The notes beneath the pieces were generated by a model that was not told where the DNA came from, searched no databases, and was given only the letters and a program-made list of their open reading frames with translations. From assembly GCA_963646585.1 (NCBI GenBank), contig CAVIXF010000341.1, positions 1 through 46,276 of the forward strand: a stretch of DNA of 46,276 nucleotides, given 5' to 3'. Of this stretch, positions 1 through 9,551 are shown in pieces (positions within the stretch are counted from its first letter, which is position 1; each line of letters begins with the position of its first letter). The translations under genes and the position numbers were made by a program. The stretch comes from Candidatus Gastranaerophilales bacterium HUM_1. Its GTDB lineage: Bacteria > Bacteroidota > Bacteroidia > Bacteroidales > UBA932.

Positions 1-67
1 ATCCTGTACGGCACTGTCCGAAACTTCGGGCGGGACGAAATCGAAAACTTCTCCCTGCTCCAGGAGG
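1..67 (+). repeat. Terminal direct repeat (circular overlap), left copy
   Basis: Matches 46210-46276 except position 13 (A versus C at 46222). Confidence 0.97.
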
Positions 68-1104
68 TCGAACCGGTGTCGGAGACCATCTCCATCAACA
101 CGGTCAATTTCACCCTGAAAAAGCAGAGTGACGTCGATTTCATCTTCCAGGAAAAGCAGCCGGTCTACACCTACTTCGACGACACGCTCGTTCAGACGAC
201 ATTTATCACGCACTACGAGCGGAACTCCGACAAGACATATGATATCGAATCGGAAGACTATATTTCCATCCTCGACGATTCACCGTTCGACGGCGGGATG
301 TATTCAGCGAAGAACGCCGCCGACCTCATCGGCGAAATGCTCTCGCCGCTCAAAGTCGAGTACGAAATCGCCGACAACCTGAAAACCGCGACGCTCACCG
401 GATACCTCGCGATATCTTCCTGCCGCGAGGCGCTGAACCAGATCGCTTTCGCCCTCGGCGCAGTGGTGGACACGAGCCGGTCAGACAAGGTGAAAATATA
501 CAAGCTCTCCGACGCCGTGGCGGGCACGCTGAACTCCACGAACACCTTCTCCGGGCAGTCGACCACATTCCGCGACAAGCTCACCGAACTGCGGCTCACG
601 GCGTACTCCTACGTCACCGGCAGCACCGACTACACCGCGTACAAAGCGGCGGACAGCGGAACCGGAACGAACATAACAGTCACTTTCCCCGAACCGCTCC
701 ACTCGCTGTCCATCACGAACGGCACGATCGTCTCACAGGGCGTGAATCAGGCGGTCATCAACGCGAACGCGAACTGCGTTCTGACCGGGAAGAAGTACGA
801 CAAGACCCAGACCGTCGTCACGAAGCGAAATCCGCTCGTCCTCGCCGGGGACAAAGAGAACGTCGTCGAACTCAAAGACTTCACCCTCGTCAACCGCACG
901 AACGCCGACGCGCTCGCCACGGCAGCGTACAACTACTACTCCGCGCGGCGCGAAATATCTGAAAAGATAATAGCCGGAGACCTCACGGTCGGCGACAAAG
1001 TGACGCAGGAATACGACTACATGGACGACGTGACCGGACGCATCGTCAGCATGAAATACAACGTTTCCGGAACGGCTAAGGTCGCGGAGGTGACTATCAA
1101 ATGA
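1..1104 (+). CDS. Tail tip/baseplate hub protein, 3' part (5' part at 45706-46276)
   Basis: Open frame from base 1, in frame with ATG 45706 across the junction (about 535 aa joined); follows the distal tail gene. Confidence 0.75.
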   Translation: MLYGTVRNFGRDEIENFSLLQEVEPVSETISINTVNFTLKKQSDVDFIFQEKQPVYTYFDDTLVQTTFITHYERNSDKTYDIESEDYISILDDSPFDGGMYSAKNAADLIGEMLSPLKVEYEIADNLKTATLTGYLAISSCREALNQIAFALGAVVDTSRSDKVKIYKLSDAVAGTLNSTNTFSGQSTTFRDKLTELRLTAYSYVTGSTDYTAYKAADSGTGTNITVTFPEPLHSLSITNGTIVSQGVNQAVINANANCVLTGKKYDKTQTVVTKRNPLVLAGDKENVVELKDFTLVNRTNADALATAAYNYYSARREISEKIIAGDLTVGDKVTQEYDYMDDVTGRIVSMKYNVSGTAKVAEVTIK

Positions 1105-2786
1105 GCCTTAATCTTGTATATGACCGGACGCAGGAAGATGTGACCTCATCCGCCGCGATACGGAGCGCACACCAGACACCCGGAGGCTACAACTGGTCGG
1201 GGGTGACTGATGCCGAAAGGGCACGGCTCGAGCGCGGGACGCTCACTTACAACACCCTCAACCGCGTCGAACAGGCCGTAAAAACCCTCGCCGCCGCGCT
1301 GACGTCGGCGGGGTATCCGGTGGAGGTGGAGCCGGTGCTTAAGGGGAGTTCGAGGTTGCCGAGCGGGTATACGGAGGTGGAGTGGATTGCGGCGAACGGG
1401 ACACAGTACGTCGATTCCGGCGTCACCGAGACCGCCGACACGGCCGTCGATTGTAAATTCGATATCGATACCGTCGCGTCGGACTACCTTTTTGGTACAC
1501 GGCAGAATAGCAGCAATCTTAGCTACAACGGCATATATAAAAACAATGTGCTGGAGTACAACTATAACGAAATCAGCTTTACGGCCGCGAGCAGCATCGA
1601 GCTTACCGAGGAAGTCTCCGGGACGACGAACAATATCACTATTAACGGCGTCTCGTACACCGCGTCGACCGGCACCGGAACCGGCGAGACTATGCTGATC
1701 TTTGCAATCCGGTATCAGTCCGGGTACAATAGCAGCAGGGTGCGACCGTACGGCGGGGCGACGAAACTCAGGTACTTTAAGATCAAGCAAAACGGGGCTC
1801 TTGTCCGAGACTATATCCCCTGTAAAAATCCGGATGGTGTTGTGGGGCTGTATGATGTCATCGGGAAACAGTTTTACACTACGCCCCTTGCGGAAGACCC
1901 CGTTGCACTGCCGGACGGGTACACGCAGCTTGAATATCTGCAAAGCACCGGAACGCAGTATATAAACACCGGCTTCACGCCGAATCAGGACACGCGCGTC
2001 GTCTGCCGGGCAAAGTGCCCGGTGTCAACTACTACAAACTTTCTGTTCGGCGCGAGAGTGTCAAACGCCGCAAGTCAGTACGCGTTTCTCGGCGCGGCAG
2101 CGGGGACATTTCGGTCGGACTACGCGACGGTGTGGGGGTCTTTCCCGTCGTCGCTTAACACATCAGATACAATCCTGATCGACAAGAATAAAAACGTTAC
2201 CACGATAAACGGCGGCAACGCTGTAACTGCGACTGCAACTACGTTTTCGGCCGGTTCGCCGCTCGCATTGTTCGGCGTAAACACTGCCGGGACAATCACT
2301 TATGGAAAAGTCACTATCCATCGGGCGAAAATCTACGACAACGGCAAGCTCGTCCGCGACATGGTTCCCGCGCGGAACAGCTCCGGCACGCTCGGAATGT
2401 ACGATCTGGTGAGCGGTACATTTTATACCAACGCCGGAACCGGCACATTTACCGCTGGGGCGGATATCGTCGGATTTACAGCCGGAAGTGAAATCGGCAA
2501 AGCCGAAAACCGCGAATGGCAGGAAGGCGATATCATCCGGCGTGGGCAGTGGACGACGTACCTATCCAATGTGCAGAAACTCCGCGACGCGTACTACACG
2601 CTGGCGGAGACGGGGCAACTTCCGGAGCCGGAAGACAAGCTGGGGTATGAGGGCGCGAATACCATCGAAAAGGTACTCGCAGACATTGACTTACTGCTCG
2701 ACGAGATGACAGCGGGCTACAGACGGTGCGGAACTTTCCGTTCCGGAAATAACGCGGTACACTTACCGCTGAAAGGAAGTATCTAA
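1101..2786 (+). CDS. Baseplate/tail protein with two inserted lectin-like domains
   Basis: 561 aa; duplicated domain LPSGYTEVEWI...GLYDVIGKQFYT / LPDGYTQLEYL...GMYDLVSGTFYT; tail module position. Confidence 0.65.
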   Translation: MSLNLVYDRTQEDVTSSAAIRSAHQTPGGYNWSGVTDAERARLERGTLTYNTLNRVEQAVKTLAAALTSAGYPVEVEPVLKGSSRLPSGYTEVEWIAANGTQYVDSGVTETADTAVDCKFDIDTVASDYLFGTRQNSSNLSYNGIYKNNVLEYNYNEISFTAASSIELTEEVSGTTNNITINGVSYTASTGTGTGETMLIFAIRYQSGYNSSRVRPYGGATKLRYFKIKQNGALVRDYIPCKNPDGVVGLYDVIGKQFYTTPLAEDPVALPDGYTQLEYLQSTGTQYINTGFTPNQDTRVVCRAKCPVSTTTNFLFGARVSNAASQYAFLGAAAGTFRSDYATVWGSFPSSLNTSDTILIDKNKNVTTINGGNAVTATATTFSAGSPLALFGVNTAGTITYGKVTIHRAKIYDNGKLVRDMVPARNSSGTLGMYDLVSGTFYTNAGTGTFTAGADIVGFTAGSEIGKAENREWQEGDIIRRGQWTTYLSNVQKLRDAYYTLAETGQLPEPEDKLGYEGANTIEKVLADIDLLLDEMTAGYRRCGTFRSGNNAVHLPLKGSI

Positions 2787-3973
2787 TGGCATATACAGCG
2801 CCAACAATCAAAGATCGCGTCGCCGCTGGTGACAACAAGTACACCATGCAGACGCTATCAGACGGGCGGGTTCTGCTCACGCCGTCGCCGGATGAGGTCG
2901 AAGAGGCGGGGACAGAGATCAACAAAGTGCTGTTGCAGCCGCTGTTCGATCTCGCGGCGTCGCATGACGCGACAATCGAAGAAATGCTGGCAAAGCTCGG
3001 AATCCTTGCCCCCTACGAGGACTACTGGTGGCGGACAAAAACGAGCGCAGGATCGTACACTCTCACGATGGCGGCGGCGGGCAGCATCAGCGGAGCGTAT
3101 TACCATGAGACTATAAATTATACCAGCGGCACATCCGACGACTTTTACGCCATTCCCATCAACACACGTACATGGACTTCCGACGATAGCTACAGCGATA
3201 ACGGCTCGCAGACCATCAAATACGCGTCGAGCATCACAATGGATTCGTCCGGTAATATATCGCTTGTGAATCCGACGACAATCACCGTCGACGCCGATAC
3301 CGTGACATCTTATCAAAGCACGCTGCGCGGGAAATACGTCACCGGGCTCGACCAGAATGAAAACCTGATTTACAAAATCGGGCAGTACGCATCGATCGCG
3401 ACATGGACGCCGAATCCACGCAGCTATAGCTCTTACACACGGTACACGCAGATGTGGGGATATAGAGCAAGCTCGCCGGGCAGCCTTTCGATCGAAGTCG
3501 CCGTCGCGCAGTACTCGTCGACCTCGAGCGACTACACCTACGTCCACAACTCCGATCCGGACTTTTATCCGCACAGCGGCACGACAAACGGGACGGAATA
3601 TCAGTACCTCGGGAAAATATATGACGCCGCCACGGCCGACGCGCCGTTTGGCATTAAGACTGTAAACGTTACGTCGGCAAGCTGGAACAGCAGCAAGCAG
3701 TACACCGTCACGACGAAATGCACACGGTATCTGCTGTTCGGCGGCGGATTACAAACAAAAGGTGTGGCATTGCTTGTGGATGGCACGAAAGGCTATGGAA
3801 TGCAAGCATACTACGGCGACACCGGATACGATAGATATGCTTCATCGCTTGTCGGAGAAGCGACTGCGGGAATAGGCGTCGCGACCGTCACCTTCACGTC
3901 GACCGGCTTCCGGCTCTCGCACTCGGCGACGACCGGGCCCGCGCTGACGCTCGCATACTTACCACTTGCATAG
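2786..3973 (+). CDS. Putative tail fibre/receptor-binding protein
   Basis: 395 aa, S/T/G/Y-rich beta-type composition, at the end of the tail module. Confidence 0.55.
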   Translation: MAYTAPTIKDRVAAGDNKYTMQTLSDGRVLLTPSPDEVEEAGTEINKVLLQPLFDLAASHDATIEEMLAKLGILAPYEDYWWRTKTSAGSYTLTMAAAGSISGAYYHETINYTSGTSDDFYAIPINTRTWTSDDSYSDNGSQTIKYASSITMDSSGNISLVNPTTITVDADTVTSYQSTLRGKYVTGLDQNENLIYKIGQYASIATWTPNPRSYSSYTRYTQMWGYRASSPGSLSIEVAVAQYSSTSSDYTYVHNSDPDFYPHSGTTNGTEYQYLGKIYDAATADAPFGIKTVNVTSASWNSSKQYTVTTKCTRYLLFGGGLQTKGVALLVDGTKGYGMQAYYGDTGYDRYASSLVGEATAGIGVATVTFTSTGFRLSHSATTGPALTLAYLPLA

Positions 3974-3982
3974 GAGGGCATA

Positions 3983-4309
3983 ATGACCTATCAACTCTGG
4001 GACAAAGAATCCCCGATCTACGACATCACCGCCGAACAGGCGGTAATCAACAATCCGCTGTACGGGAGCGAAAACAGCTACCTTATCCTCCGTGACGACG
4101 GGTCAATTCTCGACATTCTGCCGATATCGACGCTTCGGGAGTTGACCGGCAAAGACGACAACGCGACCGACGAGGAAGTCTGCGAGGCGTACATCGCGCA
4201 GCTCACCGCGACGCCGGAGCCGGTCGGAGACCTCGCCGAACTCTCCGCTAAGGTCGCCGACCTCGAAAAGCAGCTCGCCGTGGCGAAAATCTTACTGGGG
4301 GTGGAATGA
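3983..4309 (+). CDS. Small tail-associated protein with C-terminal coiled coil
   Basis: GGAGGG SD; LAELSAKVADLEKQL heptads; follows the fibre gene. Confidence 0.5.
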   Translation: MTYQLWDKESPIYDITAEQAVINNPLYGSENSYLILRDDGSILDILPISTLRELTGKDDNATDEEVCEAYIAQLTATPEPVGDLAELSAKVADLEKQLAVAKILLGVE

Positions 4310-4722
4310 TGACACTGATTGAACTTGCAAGAACCCTTCGCCCGCTGCTTGAAAAGGCTATGACCAAAACCGAAAGCCTGACCGACGAGGAGGCAATCGC
4401 GGCGACCTGCCTGTACCCGCACTGGAGCGGGGAGAGCGTCGAGTACGCGGCGGGTCAGCGGGTGCAGTACGGCGGCACGCTTTACACGGTGCTCCAAGCC
4501 CACACCTCGCAGGCGGGATGGACGCCGACCGGCGCGGTGTCGCTGTGGGCGAAAGTGCTCATTCCTGATCCGACCATCGTGCCGGAGTGGGAACAGCCGG
4601 AAAGCACGAACCCGTACAAGAAGGGCGACAAAGTGAAGCACAACGGTAAGACATGGGTATCCGACTACGACGCCAACGTCTGGGAACCCGGTGTCTTCGG
4701 CTGGTCGGAGGTAACCGAATGA
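4306..4722 (+). CDS. Carbohydrate-binding module (CBM5/12-like) protein
   Basis: YAAGQRVQYGGTLYTVLQAHTSQAGWTP and YKKGDKVKHNGKTW motifs. Confidence 0.7.
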   Translation: MMTLIELARTLRPLLEKAMTKTESLTDEEAIAATCLYPHWSGESVEYAAGQRVQYGGTLYTVLQAHTSQAGWTPTGAVSLWAKVLIPDPTIVPEWEQPESTNPYKKGDKVKHNGKTWVSDYDANVWEPGVFGWSEVTE

Positions 4723-5036
4723 TCGTCGAGAAAATAATCGCGTGGGCTGTGCCCTTTGTCTGCGGCGGAATCATCACCGGCATCGTCGCATATATCAAGA
4801 CGCTGAAAAAGCGGATCGACGCCATCGGCGAAGGGGTGCAGTGCTTACTGCGAGCTGAAATAATACGAAATCATGAAAAGTGCATGGACAAGGGCTTCTG
4901 CCCGATCTATGCGAAGGAAGCCTTGAAAAGGGTTTATCACGCTTACCATGACCTTCAGGGGAATGACGTCGCGACGAGACTTTATAATGAGGTCATGGAA
5001 TTACCTGTGGAGGCGAGAAACAATGATCAGAATTAA
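4719..5036 (+). CDS. Putative holin
   Basis: N-terminal TM segment (IIAWAVPFVCGGIITGIVAYI); ATGA overlap with upstream gene; lysis region. Confidence 0.6.
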   Translation: MIVEKIIAWAVPFVCGGIITGIVAYIKTLKKRIDAIGEGVQCLLRAEIIRNHEKCMDKGFCPIYAKEALKRVYHAYHDLQGNDVATRLYNEVMELPVEARNNDQN

Positions 5037-6471
5037 AGCGGACAAAGACGGGAGACTGACGCAGTGGGACAAAAACCGCACCGTCATCATCACCGGGCTT
5101 GACAGCATCGACGGCGTAAAGGTACACTTTTCGAGCCCGACCGACAACCACGACGCTTATGTCGTCGAGCCATTGGAGACCGACGGAGTAGTCACGGCGG
5201 AAATTCCCGACGAGCTGCTGACCATCGCCGGGACAATCTGGGTATATGTGTACCCGGACAGCTACACCAAGTCATCGGCAGTGCTCAGTGTTATGCGGCG
5301 GGAGAAGCCGGATGACTACACCTACGGCGGGGGCGGTGCTCCGCAGGTGCAGGCTGACTGGGGGCAGAACGATGAAAGCGCGGTTGATTTTATCAAAAAT
5401 CGGCCGGGCGGGTACATGGGCGATCCACACGAAGGGTATATACTCAACATGACCGAGTATGCTTTCGCGACCACATACGGCGACGCTGGTATTGAAGTAC
5501 TTGACGAAATAATTCCTCTTTCAGAAGGCGCTGAATATACAGTCGAGTGGGACGGCACACCGTATCGTCTCACGGCAACAAAACTGGAGAGCGACTCCGC
5601 CGAAGCGGCATTTATCGGAAACGCCGCAATAGTTCAAATGGGAGCAGATACTGGAGAGCCGTTTTGCGTTCTCTCCGTCGAAGATCTAGTCACACAAATA
5701 GCGACGTCTGTTGCCGCCAAGCACACTGTCGCGATTTCTACTTTGATAGCGCCTGTCATTCCGATTGACAGCAAGTTCCTCCCACAGAGCGTTTTTGATT
5801 ACAACGCATTAAATAATAGGCCGGTAACCGCAGAGCCTCTTGACATTACCATGAGTAAACAGCTAAATTCATACACCTTGACAGCGGGCAGCAGTTATAT
5901 CGCGCACGTCAATGAGACGCTCGAAGTTGAGGGCGCTGCATTTTACAGAATTAGCGGCACAATAAGCCTTACATACCAGAATGATCTCACAACGGCAGAA
6001 CTGATTCTTGACGGGTTATATCCTTCGACTTCGACGAGCGACGGCGAGTATATTGAACTCGACGAAGTGGGAGAATTCCCTGGCGACAGAAACCACAGTC
6101 CGTGGTCGTTCAAGGCATCGCGGTTATACTCGGCTTCTTCCCGTCTTTACGATGGGGCTTTGTGCGTTTCTTACAATATCAGTAGATTGAGCGCACTTTT
6201 TGATATCAAGATAAATCTCAAAATAGAGAAAAAGATAACGCAGTTAGATACGGATTATATTCCCGCAGAAATAGCGAGGAAAGCGGATATTCCCAATATT
6301 CCAGTCGCTACATCATCGAATTCTGGCGAAGCGCTCGTTGTTGGCACGGATGGAACGTTAAAATGGTCTTCCGACGTGATTATCCCATCTTCGACTGCTG
6401 ACTCCACCAAAAAATTCCGCATAACCGTCGACGATACCGGCACGCTAAGTGCCACGGAGGTAACCGAATGA
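5023..6471 (+). CDS. Putative virion appendage/fibre protein (BppU-like N-terminus)
   Basis: LTQWDKNRTV...AEIPDELL N-terminus, QADWGQND..DFIKNRP motif, KFRITVDDTGTLSATEV C-terminus; GGAGG SD. Confidence 0.5.
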   Translation: MIRIKADKDGRLTQWDKNRTVIITGLDSIDGVKVHFSSPTDNHDAYVVEPLETDGVVTAEIPDELLTIAGTIWVYVYPDSYTKSSAVLSVMRREKPDDYTYGGGGAPQVQADWGQNDESAVDFIKNRPGGYMGDPHEGYILNMTEYAFATTYGDAGIEVLDEIIPLSEGAEYTVEWDGTPYRLTATKLESDSAEAAFIGNAAIVQMGADTGEPFCVLSVEDLVTQIATSVAAKHTVAISTLIAPVIPIDSKFLPQSVFDYNALNNRPVTAEPLDITMSKQLNSYTLTAGSSYIAHVNETLEVEGAAFYRISGTISLTYQNDLTTAELILDGLYPSTSTSDGEYIELDEVGEFPGDRNHSPWSFKASRLYSASSRLYDGALCVSYNISRLSALFDIKINLKIEKKITQLDTDYIPAEIARKADIPNIPVATSSNSGEALVVGTDGTLKWSSDVIIPSSTADSTKKFRITVDDTGTLSATEVTE

Positions 6472-7265
6472 AAGGCATCGACATCTCCAAACACAACACA
6501 ATCCGTAGCTTCCCGGCGCTGAAAGCCGAAGGCATCGCATTCTGCATCATCCGCGCGGGCTTCGGCACAAGCGTCGACCCGAAATTCGCCACGCACATCA
6601 AAGCGGCGAAAGACTGCGGAATGCTTGTCGGCGTGTATTGGTTTTGCTACGCCCGCGATACCGTCGAGGCGCGGCGGGAGGCTGAGGTCTGCGCGACCAC
6701 CTTGAACGGGTGCAAGCTCGATCTGCCGGTGTTTTACGACTTTGAGTATGACACCGAAAGATACGCCGCAAAGACCAAGGTGAAGTACGACACCAAGTCA
6801 CGGACGGACATCATCGAAACATTTTGTGCCGAAATCACGAAGCGCGGGTACAAAGCGGGGGTGTACACGAACCCCGACTACTGGCTGTACAAGCTGAATT
6901 CCGACCGGCTCGCGAAGTGGCCGCTGTGGATCGCGGCTTACAGACAGGCAGACTGCAAGGCGTCATTTGCGACCACCTCGCCGTCTGATCTCCCTCCGGC
7001 ATACCAGAACGCCATGATATGGCAGTTCGGCAAGTGTAAATTCACGAAAGCCGTGGGGGATGTGGACATCAACTATGGGTACGGCATCAAGCCCCCCGCG
7101 AAGAAGACCTACAAAGTCGGCGACCAGTACACCATCAAATCCGGCGACGTCTACACCACCGGGCGCAAAGTTCCGGCGCGTGTCGTCGGGAAGGTTTGCA
7201 CCATCAAGCAAGTACGCACCGGCGCGATACTGCTCGCGGAAATCAATTCCTGGGTGGCGGTATGA
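6468..7265 (+). CDS. Endolysin, GH25 muramidase
   Basis: KGIDISKHN, VFYDFEYD, IWQF and DVDIN GH25 motifs. Confidence 0.92.
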   Translation: MKGIDISKHNTIRSFPALKAEGIAFCIIRAGFGTSVDPKFATHIKAAKDCGMLVGVYWFCYARDTVEARREAEVCATTLNGCKLDLPVFYDFEYDTERYAAKTKVKYDTKSRTDIIETFCAEITKRGYKAGVYTNPDYWLYKLNSDRLAKWPLWIAAYRQADCKASFATTSPSDLPPAYQNAMIWQFGKCKFTKAVGDVDINYGYGIKPPAKKTYKVGDQYTIKSGDVYTTGRKVPARVVGKVCTIKQVRTGAILLAEINSWVAV

Positions 7266-7618
7266 GGTACTTAAAGCGGCTGATCCTCGCCGTGCTCATA
7301 TACCTCGCGTTGTATCTCCCCTTTATCGCCGTCCTGCAAGCCGTCACCGGCGCCGACCTTACCGCCGCGTTTTCCGTCGGCGGCATCGTCGGGGCGGTCG
7401 AACTCGCACTCGGGAGCTTAATTAAAATCACCGAAAACAAAGAGATAAGCAAGAAAGGATATATTGAAAATGGACAAGATGGATATAACGCCGATTCTGG
7501 AACTGATAATCAAGCTGGTCTTTACCCTGATAACCCTCTTCCTGATCCCGAAGATCAAGGACTTTCTGGCGGCGAAAGTCTCGGAGAGCGACCTGAAGGA
7601 GATCATACGATGGGCTGA
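7262..7618 (+). CDS. Membrane protein of the lysis module
   Basis: Two hydrophobic segments; ATGA overlap with the endolysin gene. Confidence 0.55.
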   Translation: MRYLKRLILAVLIYLALYLPFIAVLQAVTGADLTAAFSVGGIVGAVELALGSLIKITENKEISKKGYIENGQDGYNADSGTDNQAGLYPDNPLPDPEDQGLSGGESLGERPEGDHTMG

Positions 7619-7832
7619 ACTCGCCGTCCAGGCGGCGGAAGAGGCAGAACGCGCCGGGCTGATCGACAAGAAAGCGAAATATGATTACGCGAAGGAATTC
7701 CTCGAGGCTCGAGGCGTGACCTTTGACGCGGACGCTATGCAAGCGCTGATCGATTCCGTCGTGTGGGATCTTTTCAACCAGTTTAAGAAGGACGCCGAGA
7801 CCGAGGACGATTCCCCTGAAAAGGAGATGTGA
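7470..7832 (+). CDS. Holin (LL-H-like)
   Basis: N-terminal TM; WAELAVQAAEE and IDSVV motifs; AAAGGA SD. Confidence 0.75.
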   Translation: MDKMDITPILELIIKLVFTLITLFLIPKIKDFLAAKVSESDLKEIIRWAELAVQAAEEAERAGLIDKKAKYDYAKEFLEARGVTFDADAMQALIDSVVWDLFNQFKKDAETEDDSPEKEM

Positions 7833-7835
7833 GCG

Positions 7836-8048
7836 GTGCGGGCTGACGATGTGGCCGATCTCTCCCGGTCTGAGTGGACCAGGGTTATAGACGAGCACAT
7901 CCACGACGAGGCATGGCGGCGGATTTTCAAGCGCCGCTGGCTCGACGGGGTGAAGCTCGAGCCGCTGGCGGAAGAATTTGACCTCTCCCCGCGGCAAGTA
8001 CAGCGCATCGTGCGCATCTGCGAGCGCAAAATCATCAACCATATGTGA
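7836..8048 (+). CDS. Small sigma-region-4-like HTH protein
   Basis: RRWLDGVKLEPLAEEFDLSPRQVQRIV; GGAG SD. Confidence 0.7.
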   Translation: MRADDVADLSRSEWTRVIDEHIHDEAWRRIFKRRWLDGVKLEPLAEEFDLSPRQVQRIVRICERKIINHM

Positions 8049-8050
8049 GC

Positions 8051-8082
8051 GAACCGGGCAGTGTAAAACTGTCCGGTTTTTG
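8051..8082 (+). terminator. Possible intrinsic terminator
   Basis: AACCGGGCAGT-gtaaa-ACTGTCCGGTT followed by T-run. Confidence 0.45.
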
Positions 8083-8161
8083 TCGTTCACAGCGGGCGGT
8101 TTTTGTGGTATCATATATGTGCCGGAGAAATCCGAGTATATATACAGGATGGTGAATCCAC

Positions 8162-8722
8162 ATGGCAGAATTTGCAAGCAACGGAAAAGCGAACGCGGCG
8201 CTGACCACCGGTATCATCGGTACGGCGGGTCTGGGCGCGGCTCTGCTCAACGGCGGTCTCGGCGGACTGTTCGGCGGCTACCGGAACGGCGGCTGTAACG
8301 AAGACCATACCGTCGACCGCTACGAGGCACAGCAGCAGGCGAGAATCGCGGAGCTGGAGACCGAAGTGAAGCTTCGCGACGCGAACACCTACACCGACCA
8401 GAAGATGTTGGAGATGTACAAGTACTTTGACGGCAAGGTGCGCGGGCTCGAAATGGCCGACGCGGCACAGCAGATCACCAATCAGCGCATGGCGGACAGC
8501 TTTGAGGCCGTCCACACCGACATCAACTGCGTCAAGAACGAGCTTTACGCGGCTATCCGCAACGAGGCTGAAAAGCGCCGCTGCGGCGACAACTCCATTG
8601 TCACCTACGCGAACGCGACGTTCTACCCGAAAATGGTCGCCGACGTCACGACCGGCTCGGACACCACTGCGCAGAGCACGTACAACCCGCTCCCCAACTG
8701 CGGGTGCAACGGCAACGGCTGA
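8162..8722 (+). CDS. Hypothetical protein, Gly-rich hydrophobic N-terminus and coiled coil
   Basis: 186-aa ORF with phage-like codon usage; Cys-rich tail. Confidence 0.7.
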   Translation: MAEFASNGKANAALTTGIIGTAGLGAALLNGGLGGLFGGYRNGGCNEDHTVDRYEAQQQARIAELETEVKLRDANTYTDQKMLEMYKYFDGKVRGLEMADAAQQITNQRMADSFEAVHTDINCVKNELYAAIRNEAEKRRCGDNSIVTYANATFYPKMVADVTTGSDTTAQSTYNPLPNCGCNGNG

Positions 8723-8762
8723 CGGCAGGGGCGGCAATCGCCGCCCCATTTGAGGTGATGAT

Positions 8763-9101
8763 ATGGTAACTCTGGCACAGGCGACAGCCGGAATCGAGAA
8801 ATACCTCGACACGGAAATCCTCGCGAAAATTCCCGGCTGGCAGAAGTGGGTTCTCGGCGCGGCGGCGTCGCGGATGCTGTCCCGGTCGGGAGAGATTTTT
8901 AACACGCTGAAAAACAACCCCGTCGTCGCGGCGATGGGGATAATCGACGAAAACGATCAAATCGACATCGATGCCATATACCGGGAATTCTCGGCTCAGG
9001 CACAGCGCGGAGCGATAACGTTCGACGTTCCGCTCGTCGGGGCGCTGACGCTCGGGGCGGGCGACGTCGACCAATTGTATCGATATATTATCGGAGGGTG
9101 A
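8763..9101 (+). CDS. Hypothetical protein
   Basis: GAGGTGA SD; 112 aa. Confidence 0.7.
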   Translation: MVTLAQATAGIEKYLDTEILAKIPGWQKWVLGAAASRMLSRSGEIFNTLKNNPVVAAMGIIDENDQIDIDAIYREFSAQAQRGAITFDVPLVGALTLGAGDVDQLYRYIIGG

Positions 9102-9103
9102 AA

Positions 9104-9388
9104 ATGAAAGACGAAGTTATGCGCGGTATCGTATGGACGATCACCGACGGGATAAAGGACGCGGGGATGACCTACGACTACGCCGAGGACGCGAAAGAGG
9201 CAGGGAAGCCGGAGCTCGCGGCGCTGTTTATCGAAGACGCGAAGTACCGGCTCGGGAAAGTCAAGGAGTGGTACGAAAGAGCAGTCTCGATGCACGGGCA
9301 GGTCGACGGGGTGACTGAGGAGCTGATTGAGGTGCATAAACAGGTTTATCGGGAGCTGCTGGACAAGGTGCTGAAATTTAAAGCTTAA
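9104..9388 (+). CDS. Hypothetical helical (possibly ferritin-like) protein
   Basis: GGAGGGTG SD; YAEDAKEAGKPELAALF helix pattern. Confidence 0.6.
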   Translation: MKDEVMRGIVWTITDGIKDAGMTYDYAEDAKEAGKPELAALFIEDAKYRLGKVKEWYERAVSMHGQVDGVTEELIEVHKQVYRELLDKVLKFKA

Positions 9389-9393
9389 GCCGG

Positions 9394-9420
9394 AGGGGCG
9401 GAAACGCCCCCTCTTTTTTT
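9394..9420 (+). terminator. Intrinsic terminator
   Basis: GGGGCG-GAAA-CGCCCC hairpin followed by T7. Confidence 0.85.
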
Positions 9421-9432
9421 ACTTAAAATTTC

Positions 9433-9495
9433 TTCGAGAAAAATATATTTTTTTCTCGAAAACCCCTTGACAAAATCGAGAAAGTATGGTATAAT
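9433..9495 (+). promoter_or_regulatory. Consensus sigma-A promoter with palindromic operator
   Basis: TTGACA 9467-9472, 17 bp, TATAAT 9490-9495; TTCGAGAAAAA..TTTTTCTCGAA at 9433-9460 and a TCGAGAAA half-site in the spacer. Confidence 0.85.
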
Positions 9496-9511
9496 ATATA
9501 TGTAAACAAGA

Positions 9512-9544
9512 GGGGAGCGGACAACCCCGGAAACCGCAGAAGGA
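9512..9544 (+). promoter_or_regulatory. SD-abutting pseudoknot, copy A
   Basis: GGGG/CCCC stem; loop GCGG pairs with CCGC directly before AGAAGGA. Confidence 0.55.
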
Positions 9545-9551
9545 GAACAAA

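Noticed and set aside
1101..6471. Diversity-generating retroelement targeting fibre genes
   Set aside because: No reverse transcriptase ORF, and I saw no TR/VR pair with adenine-specific mismatches; the duplicated lectin-like domains are too diverged.
8085..8125. Sporulation sigma-K/E promoter for the post-lysis cassette
   Set aside because: CATA is present but I could not place a -35 element at the proper spacing.
9514..9529. 16-bp match GGAGCGGACAACCCCG to 28396-28411 in terS
   Set aside because: One such match is plausible by chance in a GC-rich 46-kb genome, and the terS copy lacks the pseudoknot partner and SD.
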